Origin: an uncultured Alphaproteobacteria bacterium
GTDB taxonomy: Bacteria > Pseudomonadota > Alphaproteobacteria > GCA-2731375
Length of the DNA: 64,000 nt
NCBI GenBank assembly: GCA_951812805.1
Contig: CATOSZ010000008.1
Coordinates: 136,137-200,136, forward strand
Direction: 5' to 3'
Below, in pieces: positions 31,833 through 42,081 of the stretch. The notes beneath the pieces were generated by a model. The model was not told the DNA's origin and did no database searches. It was given only the letters and a program-made list of their open reading frames with translations. Both the position numbers and the translations under genes were made by a program. Each line of letters starts with the position of its first letter. The stretch's first letter is position 1.

Positions 31833-32533
31833 CCGGCGACGTCTCGTTCGCCGAGGGCGCGGCGCGCGGCCTCGAGATTTTCCGGCGTCTTCAGGTTCAG
31901 CCAACGCCCGTCGTGCGCCAGTCCGAACAGGCGGCCGGCCGCCGCGGCCCGGTCGTAGAGCAGATTGAGCGAGAAGGGCACCGCCTCGGTACCGGCGAAG
32001 AGTTCGGGCCGGAGGATCTGCACGCCCGTGAAGACGTACGCCGCCGTTTCGCCGCGGCCGCGGCGGGCGAGGCGACCGTCGGACCGCAGATGAAAGTCGC
32101 CGGCCCCGTCATAGCCGACCGCCTGCGAGACGGGATGCAGCAGGAGCAGGGCGTCCATGCGATTCCCATCAAAACACCGTGACAATCGCTCGAGCGCCGG
32201 GCGCTCACCGTCGAGCCAGAGCGAGATCGCGTTGACGACGAAAAAGGGCCGGGGACCGAGGGTGTCGAGCGCGCGGCGCACGCCGCCACCCGAATCGAGC
32301 AGCCGGTCGCTCTCGTCGGAAAAGGTGATGCGTGGCGTCGACCGGCCCGCCAAATGCTCGCGAACTCGATCCGCCCGGTGGTGCAAATTGACGACGGCAT
32401 GCCCGACGTTCGCCGCCGCCAGATGATCCAGCACCCGGTCGATCGTCGCGTGGCCGGCGACCGGCAGCAAGGACTTCGGCACCGCCTCGCTCAGCGGACG
32501 CATGCGCCGGCCCTGGCCCGCGGCCAGGACCAT
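31829..32533 (-). CDS. murU: nucleotidyltransferase, MurU-like (N-acetylmuramate-1-phosphate uridylyltransferase family)
   Basis: Nucleotidyl-transferase signature LAAGQGRRMRPL…PKSLLPV. Located upstream of addB as in the conserved alphaproteobacterial cluster. Start is uncertain. Confidence 0.65.
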   Translation of the reverse strand: MVLAAGQGRRMRPLSEAVPKSLLPVAGHATIDRVLDHLAAANVGHAVVNLHHRADRVREHLAGRSTPRITFSDESDRLLDSGGGVRRALDTLGPRPFFVVNAISLWLDGERPALERLSRCFDGNRMDALLLLHPVSQAVGYDGAGDFHLRSDGRLARRGRGETAAYVFTGVQILRPELFAGTEAVPFSLNLLYDRAAAAGRLFGLAHDGRWLNLKTPENLEAARRALGERDVAG

Positions 32534-32684
32534 GGCGGTCGACGGCGAAAATCCTGTCTCGGCGATGCCCTATGCCTCCGAAGCGAAGCGGTGAATCTTC
32601 GATTCGTTACGAGCATATCGAGCCGCGCCCGCGCGGCCAATCGCCGGGCGGGGCCGTGATCGTCCGGTGCGATCGCGCTCGAGC

Positions 32685-33098
32685 CTAGACTTCTTCGGGC
32701 TGGCCTTCCGGCATGCGCCGGCGATAGCGTCGCTTGCGTCCGGCGACACTCTTGACCAGGCCGTTGATCGACGCGCGCAGGTCCGGATCGGTGATTTCCG
32801 AGAAATTGTGCACCAGCTCGATCACCGAGCGGTTCTTGCCGCCGTGCTCCAGCGGCGGGATCTCCATCTCGACGTCCATGCCCTCGTAGAAGTAAGAGAC
32901 TTCTACATTGAGGTTGAGTGCGATCTCATAGAGCCGTCCCGCACTGACCCGATTGGTTCCCGCCTCGTACTTCTGAACCTGCTGGTAGGAGATGTTCAGC
33001 GCGCTCGCCAAATTTTCCTGCGTCAGGCCCATCTCCGTCCGGCGTTCCCGAATCCGACCGCCGACATACGCATCTACGCGCCTTGATAGTCTATCCAT
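32685..33098 (-). CDS. XRE-family helix-turn-helix transcriptional regulator
   Basis: Cro/C1-type HTH (IRERRTEMGLTQENLASALNISYQQVQKYEAGTNRVSAGRL). Confidence 0.7.
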   Translation of the reverse strand: MDRLSRRVDAYVGGRIRERRTEMGLTQENLASALNISYQQVQKYEAGTNRVSAGRLYEIALNLNVEVSYFYEGMDVEMEIPPLEHGGKNRSVIELVHNFSEITDPDLRASINGLVKSVAGRKRRYRRRMPEGQPEEV

Positions 33099-33360
33099 GA
33101 TTTTCCCACTCCCAAACCTAGTCGCCCAAGCCCAACTTACATCACTTCATTGAAGTAAATCAATAGTTTTATCGTTTTTGTGTGGATCGTGACCGGATGT
33201 GATGAGGACGGATCGGGATGTCCTGGTTGGGACCTTGCCGCGCAACTTGCCGACACCCTCGCCGTTGCACCGTGATATAGTCCGGTAAATCGCGTTGCCC
33301 ACCGCATCGCGAAGAATTTTCGACTCGACAATATCTAGCTTTGGCGAGGATGGAAAGGCC

Positions 33361-34185
33361 ATGTCACGATTCGAACTTCCCCGCGCGGCACTGCGGGCCA
33401 CGATCCTGTTTCTGGCGCTGTCGCTGGTGGCCGCCTGCGGCTCCGACGATCCCGAATATGTCGAGCGGCCGGTCGAGGACCTCTACAACGTCGCGGTCGA
33501 CGAATTGCAATCCGGCAATCCCGGTCAGGCCGCGCGCCTGTTCGACGAGGTGGAGCGCCAGCATCCCTACTCGGCCTGGGCCCGGCGGGCGCAGATCATG
33601 GGGGCCTACTCCTACTACCGCACGAACCAGTATGACGAGGCGATCCTGGCGGCACAGCGCTTCATCCAGCTGCATCCCGGAAACAAGGACGTGTCCTACG
33701 CCCAGTACCTGGTGGCGGTATCCTACTACGAGCAGATCGTCGACGTCGGTCGCGATCAGAAGATGACGGAACGCGCCCTCGTCGCGCTGCGCGAGATCGT
33801 CAAGCGCTACCCGGACACCCAATACGCCCGTGACGCCCGCCTGAAGATGGATCTCGCGCACGACCATCTCGCCGGCAAGGAGATGGAGATCGGCCGCTAT
33901 TACCTGACGCGGGGCGAATACGCGGCGGCGATCAATCGCTTCCGTGTCGTCATCGAGAACTACCAGACCACGACCCATGCGCCGGAGGCGTTGCATCGGC
34001 TGACCGAGGCGTATCTCGCCCTCGGCGTGGTGCCGGAGGCGCAGACGGCCGCCGCCGTGCTGGGACACAATTTCCCGGGCAGCGAATGGTATCAGGACAG
34101 CTATGCCCTGCTCGGTGACCAGGCGCTGGCGCCCGAGCGTCACGAGGAATCCTGGATCGGGCGCATGTGGCGCTCGGTCTTCTGA
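33361..34185 (+). CDS. bamD: outer membrane protein assembly factor BamD (TPR lipoprotein)
   Basis: Lipoprotein signal with lipobox LVAACGS and TPR repeats. Conserved bamD-recN neighbourhood. Confidence 0.85.
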   Translation: MSRFELPRAALRATILFLALSLVAACGSDDPEYVERPVEDLYNVAVDELQSGNPGQAARLFDEVERQHPYSAWARRAQIMGAYSYYRTNQYDEAILAAQRFIQLHPGNKDVSYAQYLVAVSYYEQIVDVGRDQKMTERALVALREIVKRYPDTQYARDARLKMDLAHDHLAGKEMEIGRYYLTRGEYAAAINRFRVVIENYQTTTHAPEALHRLTEAYLALGVVPEAQTAAAVLGHNFPGSEWYQDSYALLGDQALAPERHEESWIGRMWRSVF

Positions 34186-34193
34186 AGCCGGCG

Positions 34194-35864
34194 ATGCTGA
34201 GCGGCCTTTCCGTCCGGGACATCGTCCTCATCGAGCGTTTGGACCTCGAGCTCGAGGACAGGCTGTCGGTCCTGACCGGGGAGACGGGTGCGGGGAAGTC
34301 GATCCTGCTCGATGCCCTGGGCCTGGCGCTGGGCGCGCGCGGGGACGCGGGACTGATCCGTGTCGGCGCCAAGCAGGGCGGTGTCGCCGCGTCCTTCGAA
34401 TTGCCGCCCGGCCATGCGGTGGAGACGTTGCTGCGGGAGCAGGGCATCCAGGCCGAGGATCCGCTGGTCCTGCGCCGGGTGCTGCGACGCGACGGCCGGT
34501 CCCGTGCCTGGATCAACGATCAGCCCGTCGGCGTCGCGCTGCTGCGCCGTGTCGGTGACCGGTTGGTCGAGATCCACGGCCAGCACGACGAGCGCGGCTT
34601 GCTCGACGCCGCCTCGCACCGTGCCTTCCTCGACGCCTTCGGGACCGAGGCCGGGCTGCGCGAGGCCTGTGCGGCGGCGCATGAAGCCTGGAGCGAGGCT
34701 CGCGCCCGGCTGTCCGCGCACCGCGAGGAGCTCGCCGGCGCACTCGGCGACGAAGACTACCTGCGCCATGTGCTCGAGGAGCTGCGCGCCCTGGCGCCCG
34801 AGGCGGGCGAGGAGGCGGGCCTGGTGGCCGAACGGGCCCTGCTGCGAGAGGGCGAGCGGATCGTCGGCGCGCTCGGCGAGGCGACGGGCGAGCTGAACGG
34901 CGAGGGCGGTGTCGATGGCCGCCTGCGCCGGGCGGAGCGCGCCTTGCTGCGGGTCGCGGAAAATGCGGAAGGCCGGTTCGACGCGGCGCTGGAAGCCCTG
35001 GCCCGTGCCGCGACGGAGGCGGTCGAGGCGATCGCCCAGGTCGAGCATCTAGCGCACAGCCTAGACCTCGGCCCCGGCCGGTTGGAGCAGGTCGAGGAAC
35101 GCCTCTTCGCGCTGCGCGAGGCGGCGCGCAAGCATCGCGTCGGCGTGGACGACCTGGCGGCCCTGACGGCGAACTTCGAGGATCGCTTGCAACGGCTCGA
35201 GGCGGGAGAGGCGGTGCTGGCGGAATTGGAGGCGGCGGTCGCCGCCGGCCGCGAACGGTTCGAGGCCGCGGGCCGGGCGCTGAGCGCCGCCCGCGAGGAC
35301 GCGGCGGCCCGCCTCGATGTCCGCGTGATGGCGGAGCTGCCCTCGCTCAAGCTGGACAGCGCGCGCTTCCGCACCGGCCTCGAAATTCTGCCCGAGGCCC
35401 GGTGGAGCGCCGAAGGCATGGACCGTGTCACCTTCGAGGTGGCCACCACGCCCGGTGCCGAGCCCGGCGATCTGAGTCGCGTTGCTTCGGGGGGTGAGCT
35501 GGCGCGCTTCATGCTGGCGCTGAAGGTGGCGCTCGCCGGCACCGGCGGGGCCGGGACCCTGGTCTTCGACGAGGTCGACCGCGGGGTCGGTGGCGCGGTC
35601 GCCGACCGGGTCGGCGCGCGGCTGGCGGAACTCGCCCGCGCGACGCAGGTCCTGGTCGTGACCCACTCGCCCCAGGTGGCGGCCCGCGGCGCCCATCATT
35701 GGCGGATCAGTCGCCAGGCGCACGGCGCGGAGGAACGCACGAATGTCGAGGAACTGGCGCCCGAAGCGCGCGAAGAGGAGATCGCCCGCATGCTGGCCGG
35801 CGCGATCGTGACGGCCGAGGCTCGGGCCGCAGCGTCCAGCCTGATCACGGGGGCACAGGCATGA
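34194..35864 (+). CDS. recN: DNA repair protein RecN
   Basis: SMC-like fold with Walker A GETGAGKSIL at the N-terminus and a signature/Walker B region at the C-terminus (…LVFDEVD…). Confidence 0.9.
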   Translation: MLSGLSVRDIVLIERLDLELEDRLSVLTGETGAGKSILLDALGLALGARGDAGLIRVGAKQGGVAASFELPPGHAVETLLREQGIQAEDPLVLRRVLRRDGRSRAWINDQPVGVALLRRVGDRLVEIHGQHDERGLLDAASHRAFLDAFGTEAGLREACAAAHEAWSEARARLSAHREELAGALGDEDYLRHVLEELRALAPEAGEEAGLVAERALLREGERIVGALGEATGELNGEGGVDGRLRRAERALLRVAENAEGRFDAALEALARAATEAVEAIAQVEHLAHSLDLGPGRLEQVEERLFALREAARKHRVGVDDLAALTANFEDRLQRLEAGEAVLAELEAAVAAGRERFEAAGRALSAAREDAAARLDVRVMAELPSLKLDSARFRTGLEILPEARWSAEGMDRVTFEVATTPGAEPGDLSRVASGGELARFMLALKVALAGTGGAGTLVFDEVDRGVGGAVADRVGARLAELARATQVLVVTHSPQVAARGAHHWRISRQAHGAEERTNVEELAPEAREEEIARMLAGAIVTAEARAAASSLITGAQA

Positions 35865-36448
35865 GCGAGGCGGCACCGCGGCGTCTGATCGTCGCCATCA
35901 CCGGGGCCAGCGGCGTCGCCCACGGCGTGCGTCTGCTCGAACGTCTGGGCGCCGCCGGGATCGAACGTCACTTGGTAATCTCCAAACCCGGCGTACAGAC
36001 CATCGCGCATGAACTCGACGCCACCGTCGCCGAGGTTCGCGCCCTCGCCGACGTCGTGCACTCGAACGACGACATCGCGGCGGCGATCGCCAGCGGTTCG
36101 TTCCCGACGATGGGCATGGCGGTGGCCCCCTGTTCGGCCCGCACGCTCGCCGCGATTGCTACGGGCACCGGCGAAAGCCTGATCACACGCGCCGCCGACG
36201 TCACTTTGAAGGAGCGTCGTCGCCTGGTTTTGATGTTGCGCGAGACGCCGCTGCACCTCGGTCATATCCGCAACATGGAGCGCGTGAGCGAGATGGGCGC
36301 CATCGTCGCGCCGCCGCAGACGGCGTTCTACATCCGCCCGTCGAGCATCGAGGACCTGGTCGACTATTCGGTGGGGCGCGTGCTCGATCTCTTCGGCATC
36401 GATCCCGGTCCCCGCGTGCGTTGGGGCATCGACCTGCCGCGGAACTGA
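35861..36448 (+). CDS. ubiX: flavin prenyltransferase UbiX
   Basis: RLIVAITGASG flavoprotein motif, full length. ATGA overlap with the recN stop. Its 3' end overlaps the convergent receiver gene by ~85 bp. Confidence 0.85.
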   Translation: MSEAAPRRLIVAITGASGVAHGVRLLERLGAAGIERHLVISKPGVQTIAHELDATVAEVRALADVVHSNDDIAAAIASGSFPTMGMAVAPCSARTLAAIATGTGESLITRAADVTLKERRRLVLMLRETPLHLGHIRNMERVSEMGAIVAPPQTAFYIRPSSIEDLVDYSVGRVLDLFGIDPGPRVRWGIDLPRN

Positions 36449-36798
36449 CCGACGTCCAGCGCCGCATGAAGTGCCGCCGCCAGGCCGGCGCTGGTGAACG
36501 GCTTGGCCAGCAGGGCGAAGTCTTTCTCGTGCCGCGGCGGATTGCCCGACATGAGAACCACGGGAAAGCCGGGAAACCTGGCCCGGAGTTCGCGCGCGAA
36601 GGCCGGCCCATCGACGCTGCCCGGCAAGCCCACGTCGGAGAGCAGTAGATCGATCCGCGGATCCGACAGGAGCCGGCGCCGCGCCGTGTCGATGTCGGCC
36701 GCCTGGACCACCCGGTAGCCCAGGTCCCGCAGCATGTTGACGGTCATGTCGCGAAGGTCGTCGTTGTCCTCGACGACCAGTACGGTCTGGTTTGTCAA
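36364..36798 (-). CDS. single-domain response regulator (CheY-like receiver)
   Basis: VLVVEDNDDLR…LLLSDVGLPG…VVLMSG…LLAKPF receiver motifs. The apparent TTG start and the second codon lie inside the IS21 terminal repeat. Confidence 0.7.
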   Translation of the reverse strand: MTNQTVLVVEDNDDLRDMTVNMLRDLGYRVVQAADIDTARRRLLSDPRIDLLLSDVGLPGSVDGPAFARELRARFPGFPVVLMSGNPPRHEKDFALLAKPFTSAGLAAALHAALDVGQFRGRSMPQRTRGPGSMPKRSSTRPTE

Positions 36799-36855
36799 TC
36801 AGCATTTAATTCTGACCCCCTATCGGCGTGCAAAATTGACCCCCCCCCTTGCTTC

Positions 36856-36970
36856 GACGGAGGTTGTCCCGGTAGTCCACGGGAGGGCCCCGCGCGGCTT
36901 CGTGTAGCGCTTTGCGTTACGCGGAGCGAAGCCGCGTGGGAGGGGCCTGTGGGCCCACCGGGACAACCGG
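36856..36970. repeat. ~110-bp GC-rich nested imperfect palindrome (outer arms GGTTGTCCCGG/CCGGGACAACC, inner arms CGCGGCTTCG/CGAAGCCGCG, containing the palindrome GTGGGCCCAC)
   Basis: Read directly. Lies between istB and the IS21 IRR. Confidence 0.6.
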
Positions 36971-37423
36971 GCCGGCGGCGGAACGTGGGGATCAGGTGGG
37001 GTTCTTGAAGTGGCAATGAGCTTTTGAAGTAGTGTCCAGACTGTTCTGCAAGTTTGTCATGGCTGCCGATGAGGGCCACCGGCATGCCTGGCGCGGAGAT
37101 TTCGATTGCTCGGAGCGCCAGGCATGCCGAGCCGCCGTCAGGCGGCTTTCTGGATGCGTTCGCTTTTGCTCTCCTTGAGATGGATCATGTTGAGCTAGCG
37201 GTTGGCATCCAGCCAGTCCTCATGGATTTCGATCGCGAGAGCCCGGACCAGCCGGAGGCAGCTCATCCACCCCATCGGCCCGGACTTGTGCCCCAGCTAC
37301 GAAACCCCTTTTGCAGAACAATCTGTACAGGACCCGTTTTGATTTGCCCGCCTTTGCGATGAAAGCCCCCAGGCTGATTGGCTCCATATAGCGGATCAGC
37401 CTGGGGCTTTGCTTACAGGGCGG

Positions 37424-38179
37424 CTACTTTTGTCGTCGCTGTTTGCTTTGTGCGAAGCGGTAAGACATGTTGCCTGTTTCGATGATTGCGCAGTGATGCG
37501 TTACACGATCCAGCAACGCGGTTGTCATTTTTGCATCTCCGAAGACGGAGACCCATTCCCCGAACTCCAGATTGGTGGTGATGATGACGCTGGTCTTCTC
37601 ATAGAGTTTGCTGATCAGGTGGAACAAGAGCGCACCGCCGGATTTGGGGAATGGGATATAGCCCAGTTCGTCGATGATGACGCAATCCATGGCCGTCAGT
37701 TGCCGGATGATCTTGCCGGCGTTGCCTTCGGCCTGTTCCTTGATCAGCGCATTGATCAGATCGACGGCGTTGAAGAAACGGACCTTCTTTCCCTGATTGA
37801 TCAACAGCGTCCCCAGAGCAATGGCGATGTGGGTTTTGCCCGTACCGGTTCCGCCCACCAGAATGAGGTTGTGGGCCTCCTGGGTGAACTGCCCTGAGCA
37901 GAAGGGGTCGATTTGCGCTTGGGTGACGGCGGCTAGGCCGTAATCGAAAGTGGCGAAGTCCTTATGGTGGGGGAACTTCGAGGCCCGCATTTGGTGCTGG
38001 ATAGAGCGCACCCGGCGCTCTACAGTCTCGGCGTCGATCAGTTGCTTTATCGCAGTGGTCAGACTTGGCGGCTTGCGCGCGGCCAGCAAAGCTTCGGCGC
38101 AAGCCGCCATTCCATACAGCCTCAGGGCGATCAGTTGGTCTATCAAAGCTTTCATGCGACGGCCTCCCCGGCAACGCAC
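37424..38179 (-). CDS. istB: IS21-family helper ATPase IstB
   Basis: Walker [10 protein letters not shown] and Walker B VIIDELGY. Overlaps the istA 3' end, as is typical. Confidence 0.9.
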   Translation of the reverse strand: MRCRGGRRMKALIDQLIALRLYGMAACAEALLAARKPPSLTTAIKQLIDAETVERRVRSIQHQMRASKFPHHKDFATFDYGLAAVTQAQIDPFCSGQFTQEAHNLILVGGTGTGKTHIAIALGTLLINQGKKVRFFNAVDLINALIKEQAEGNAGKIIRQLTAMDCVIIDELGYIPFPKSGGALLFHLISKLYEKTSVIITTNLEFGEWVSVFGDAKMTTALLDRVTHHCAIIETGNMSYRFAQSKQRRQK

Positions 38180-39651
38180 AGCGTCTCATAGCGCTTGCAG
38201 TCCGCTTCGGGCCGCAAGGTCAGTTGCGGATAGGCGTGGCTCTCGCCCCATGGCGCGATGACCGGCTCCACCAGTTGGTTGATCAGATTGATGATGGCCG
38301 GAAGGCGCAGCGTGTTCTGCTCCACGGCCAGTTCACAGGCTATCTCGACCACCTCGATCCCGTGATCCTGGGCCAGCAGGAGCAGATCGACAAACTCCCG
38401 GTCCCCGCCTTTGCCGGCCATGTAATGCGCCCTGACCCGGTGCATCGCCTCAGGCAATTGCCAACCCACAAAGGGCGCGCCATCTCTCAGCGCGCCGGGC
38501 TTGCGGTCGAGTAGGGGCAGGTAATGCCAGGGCTCGAAATAGCTGGCGTTGCGGGTAAAGCGGCGCTTGTGCTCGGCAATCACATTCTGCCCTGACACAA
38601 CCACGATCCGGTCCGCATAGGCGCGCAGAGAGACAAGCTCCCCGGCGAACCGGGAGGGGACGCTATAGCGATTGGTGGCATATTGGACCAGACAGGTAGA
38701 GCGGACACGAGCGGCCTTCTCAACATAGCCGTCAAAAGCCCGGCCCAGGGGACGCAGTTCGGCGCACTCGTCTGCGAACACGTCCGAGATCTTGCGATCC
38801 GATTGTTCGGGGTGGGCGCGATTCGCCAATTCCTCGCAGCGCAGACGCAACCAGCCGTTCAGCGCATCCAGATCGTCAAAGGCGGGCTTGGGCGCAAACA
38901 GCTGTCCCCGCAGGAACCCAACCTGGTTCTCAATCTGACCCTTCTCCCACCCCGCCGCGGGTGTGCAAGCAACCGGTTCCATCACATAGTGGTTCATCAA
39001 CGCCAGAAAGCGCGGATGGAACACACGGTCCTTAGAGCGCGAAACATAGGTTACCATCGTCTTGGGGTTGTCGATGATCACCCGGCGCGGTACGCCGCCA
39101 TAGAAAGACATCGCCCGTGCAAAGGCGTCCAGCACCATCTCCTGAGATTCGCTGGGATAGGCAACAACAAAGGGCTTGCGGCTATGACATAGGCGGAAGT
39201 GGGCAACCTTTACCTTCTGCTCGACACCGCCCAGGACAGCGTATTCCGTGCTCCAGTCAAACTGGAGCGCGTCACCTGCCGTAAAGTGCAACGGAATGAA
39301 CGCATCCCCCGATCCGGCGCCAGAACGCTTCAGGTCGCGGACAAACCTCTGAACCGTCGAGTAGGATCCGCTATAGCCTTCCGACACAAGCTGCTCATAA
39401 AGCTTCTTGGCCGTCCGGCGCTCACGGCGCGGGCGCCCCAGGTCCTGCTCAAAGAGCGCCCGAAGCCGGCTGGCGAAGCCATCGCTAAGCTTACGCCGGA
39501 CGGGTGAAACGCGCCGCTGATAGCTCGGTGGATCGCCGTCCTTCAGATACTTCTTAATCGTGTTCCGCGACAAACCAGTCTGACGAGATACAGATCGGAT
39601 ACTCCGACCCTCCCGTAATATCCAACGTCGGATCTTCAATACGCTTTCCAT
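38152..39651 (-). CDS. istA: IS21-family transposase IstA
   Basis: N-terminal HTH ([19 protein letters not shown]) and DDE integrase core. Start taken at [10 protein letters not shown], matching copy 2. Confidence 0.9.
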   Translation of the reverse strand: MESVLKIRRWILREGRSIRSVSRQTGLSRNTIKKYLKDGDPPSYQRRVSPVRRKLSDGFASRLRALFEQDLGRPRRERRTAKKLYEQLVSEGYSGSYSTVQRFVRDLKRSGAGSGDAFIPLHFTAGDALQFDWSTEYAVLGGVEQKVKVAHFRLCHSRKPFVVAYPSESQEMVLDAFARAMSFYGGVPRRVIIDNPKTMVTYVSRSKDRVFHPRFLALMNHYVMEPVACTPAAGWEKGQIENQVGFLRGQLFAPKPAFDDLDALNGWLRLRCEELANRAHPEQSDRKISDVFADECAELRPLGRAFDGYVEKAARVRSTCLVQYATNRYSVPSRFAGELVSLRAYADRIVVVSGQNVIAEHKRRFTRNASYFEPWHYLPLLDRKPGALRDGAPFVGWQLPEAMHRVRAHYMAGKGGDREFVDLLLLAQDHGIEVVEIACELAVEQNTLRLPAIINLINQLVEPVIAPWGESHAYPQLTLRPEADCKRYETLCVAGEAVA

Positions 39652-39756
39652 CAATACCACCTGCTCTTTCCTCCGCACTGTTCCGTGCGGATGCTAGCGT
39701 TCCAGGTGGGTCAATTCTTACCGCTCATAACCCACCAAAGTGGGTCAGTTTTGCAT

Positions 39757-40933
39757 GCCGATTCACAATGAGGCATATTCCGGCGGCGGTACCGGCGCCG
39801 GTGAAGGCCATGATGCCAATGCCGAGGCACGTCGCCTGATCTCGGTCGCCCGTGACGGTTCGTCGCGCAGCCGGCAGGAGCTGTTCCGGGCGATCGGAGA
39901 ATTGTTCGGTGCCTCCGCCGAAACCCTGGCGCTGGCCGAGCGGCGTATCATGCTCGACATCCTTCGCCGTTTGAGCGGCGATGTCGAAATCCAGGTGCGC
40001 GCCGCGCTCGCCAAGCGGCTGGCCGTGCAGGCCGATGCCCCGCGCGACCTGATCCTGCTGCTGGCCCGCGATGCCGGTGAGGTGGCGCACGACGTGCTGG
40101 TGCGCAGTTCCGTTCTGCGGGACCCGGACCTGGTCGAGCTGGTCCGCCACCACGCCTGGCGTCACCAGATGGCGATCGCCATGCGCCACGGCATCGGTGA
40201 GGACGTGTGCCGGGCGCTGACCGAATGCGGCAATCCCGATGTCGTCGTCACCCTGCTGAACAACCATTCGGCCCACATCAGTCGCGAGAGCTTTCAGGCC
40301 CTGGTCGAGGACTCGCGCGAGCGGCCGGAATTCCAGGCCCCGCTGGTCCGCCGTGAAGATCTGCCGCCGACGCTTGCCGAGCGCATGCTCGCCTGGGTTT
40401 CGGTGGCGTTGCGCCAGGAGATCGTTCGCAACTTCGAGATCGACCCCGATGTGCTGGACGACGCGCTCGCCGACACGATGGCGTCGGTCGAGCAGGCCCG
40501 GCCGGCCCCGGTCGATGGGCGAAGTGCGGCGGAACGGCTGATCGACCGGATGTATGATGCGGGCGAGCTCACGCCCGCTTTCGCTTTCGGTGCGCTCCGC
40601 TCCGGGCGGATCGTGCTCTTCGAATTGGCCCTCTCCCGGTTGACGGATCTCTCGCCCGTCACGTTTCGCCGTCTTCTGCACGAGCCGGACGGACAAGGCC
40701 TCGCCGTTATCTGCCGCAGTCTGGACATCGACCGGGCCGCCTATCTGGCGTTGTTCGAGCTCGGTCGCCGCGCCCGGCGGGAAAGCGCCGAGGCCGCGAA
40801 GACGACGCGGATCCGCCGCCTGGCGTTCTTCGACGCCACCAGCCCCGAAGCGGCGCGCCTGGCGCTCGTCCGCTGGCGCCGGGCCGACGCTTTGCGTGAG
40901 GCCCAGCACATTATCGATCCTCTCGCGCCCTGA
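39757..40933 (+). CDS. DUF2336-domain protein; its 5' end overlaps the IS21 terminus, so it is probably N-terminally truncated or remodelled
   Basis: ~390-aa conserved alphaproteobacterial hypothetical. The first in-frame ATG (39757) lies inside the IS21 terminal repeat. Confidence 0.55.
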
Positions 40934-41045
40934 GGCTCGACGCCGCACTTGACCGAAACGGCGCGGCGAACGACATTAGGGTCGACATGGCGGCTCGGGT
41001 TGCGGCCCGGACGACGTGCGTTCCGTGGGAGAGGGTGTTAGGGCT

Positions 41046-42032
41046 ATGATCGACCCATTCGGCCGGGAAGTCAGCTATCTGCGTGTATCGGTCACCGATC
41101 GCTGCGATTTCCGCTGCGTCTATTGCATGTCGGAAGACATGACCTTCCTGCCCAAGGACGAAGTGCTGAGCCTGGAGGAGCTGGACCGGCTGTGCAGCGC
41201 CTTCGTCGCCAAGGGGGTGCGCAAGATCCGCCTGACGGGTGGCGAGCCCCTGGTCCGGCGCAACATCATGTGGCTGTTCCGCCGCCTCGGCCGCCATCTC
41301 GACAGCGGCGCCATGGACGAATTGACGGTGACCACGAACGGCACCCAGCTGCACCGCTACGCCCAGGAGCTGAAGGCGATCGGCGTGAAACGGATCAACG
41401 TTTCCCTCGACACGCTGGATCCCGAGGTGTTTCAACGCCTAACGCGCTGGGGCCGGATCGACAAGGTGCTCGACGGCCTCGCCGCCGCCAAGCGCGCCGG
41501 GCTCGAGGTGAAGATCAATGCCGTGGCGCTCAAGGACGTGAACGAGCACGAGTTCGACCGCATGCTGACCTGGTGCGGCGAAGAAGGTTTCGATCTGACG
41601 CTGATCGAGACGATGCCGCTCGGCGATATCGGTGGCGACCGGGTGGAGCAGTATCTGCCGCTCTCCGTCGTGCGCGGCGACCTTGAAAAGCGCTGGACGC
41701 TCGAGGATCTCGACTATCAAACCGGCGGCCCGGCCCGCTATACGCGGGTTGCGGAAACCGGCAAGCGGCTCGGCTTCATCACGCCGATGACCCACAATTT
41801 CTGCGAATCCTGCAACCGCGTGCGGCTGACCTGCAGGGGCATCCTTTACATGTGCCTCGGCCAGGACGACGACGCGGATCTGCGCCGCGCCCTGCGCGCG
41901 AACGACGAGGGTGTGCTCTCGGCCGCCATCGACGAAGCGATCGGCCGCAAACCCAAGGGCCATGATTTCGTCATCAGCCGGCGCGACAACCGCCCCGCCG
42001 TCTCCCGCCACATGAGCGTTACCGGCGGTTGA
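41046..42032 (+). CDS. moaA: GTP 3',8-cyclase (molybdenum cofactor biosynthesis protein A)
   Basis: Radical-SAM CDFRCVYC motif near the N-terminus and C-terminal CESCNRVR cluster. Confidence 0.9.
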   Translation: MIDPFGREVSYLRVSVTDRCDFRCVYCMSEDMTFLPKDEVLSLEELDRLCSAFVAKGVRKIRLTGGEPLVRRNIMWLFRRLGRHLDSGAMDELTVTTNGTQLHRYAQELKAIGVKRINVSLDTLDPEVFQRLTRWGRIDKVLDGLAAAKRAGLEVKINAVALKDVNEHEFDRMLTWCGEEGFDLTLIETMPLGDIGGDRVEQYLPLSVVRGDLEKRWTLEDLDYQTGGPARYTRVAETGKRLGFITPMTHNFCESCNRVRLTCRGILYMCLGQDDDADLRRALRANDEGVLSAAIDEAIGRKPKGHDFVISRRDNRPAVSRHMSVTGG

Positions 42033-42081
42033 TCGGCGCGCGGTCCGGCCTCGTCGGCACGGCCGAACGTCTCCGAAGGGA

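Larger units (their letters stand above)
36793..39767 (-). mobile_element. IS21-family insertion sequence, copy 1 (~2.98 kb; istA-istB plus ~630 bp of non-coding sequence before IRR)
   Basis: Right terminus is defined by the divergence point from copy 2 (TGTGAATCGGCATGCAAAACTGACCCAC…). The left terminus TGTCAATCAGCATTTAATTCTGACCCC at 36793 matches it at about 20 of 27 positions and is followed by a second GCAAAATTGACCCC repeat. No flanking direct repeats. Confidence 0.7.

Noticed and set aside
37280-37330. TTGTGCCCCAGCTACGAAACCCC considered as the right inverted repeat of IS21 copy 1
   Set aside because: Only weak similarity to the left terminus. The sequence at 36793 (TGTCAATCAGCAT…TGACCCC plus a second GCAAAATTGACCCC repeat) matches far better.
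37054-37362. 102-aa plus-strand ORF and a minus-strand ORF remnant (…EIHEDWLDANR*) inside the IS21 cargo region
   Set aside because: No start or RBS context and no recognisable family. The frame is broken by stops. Treated as degenerate or non-coding.
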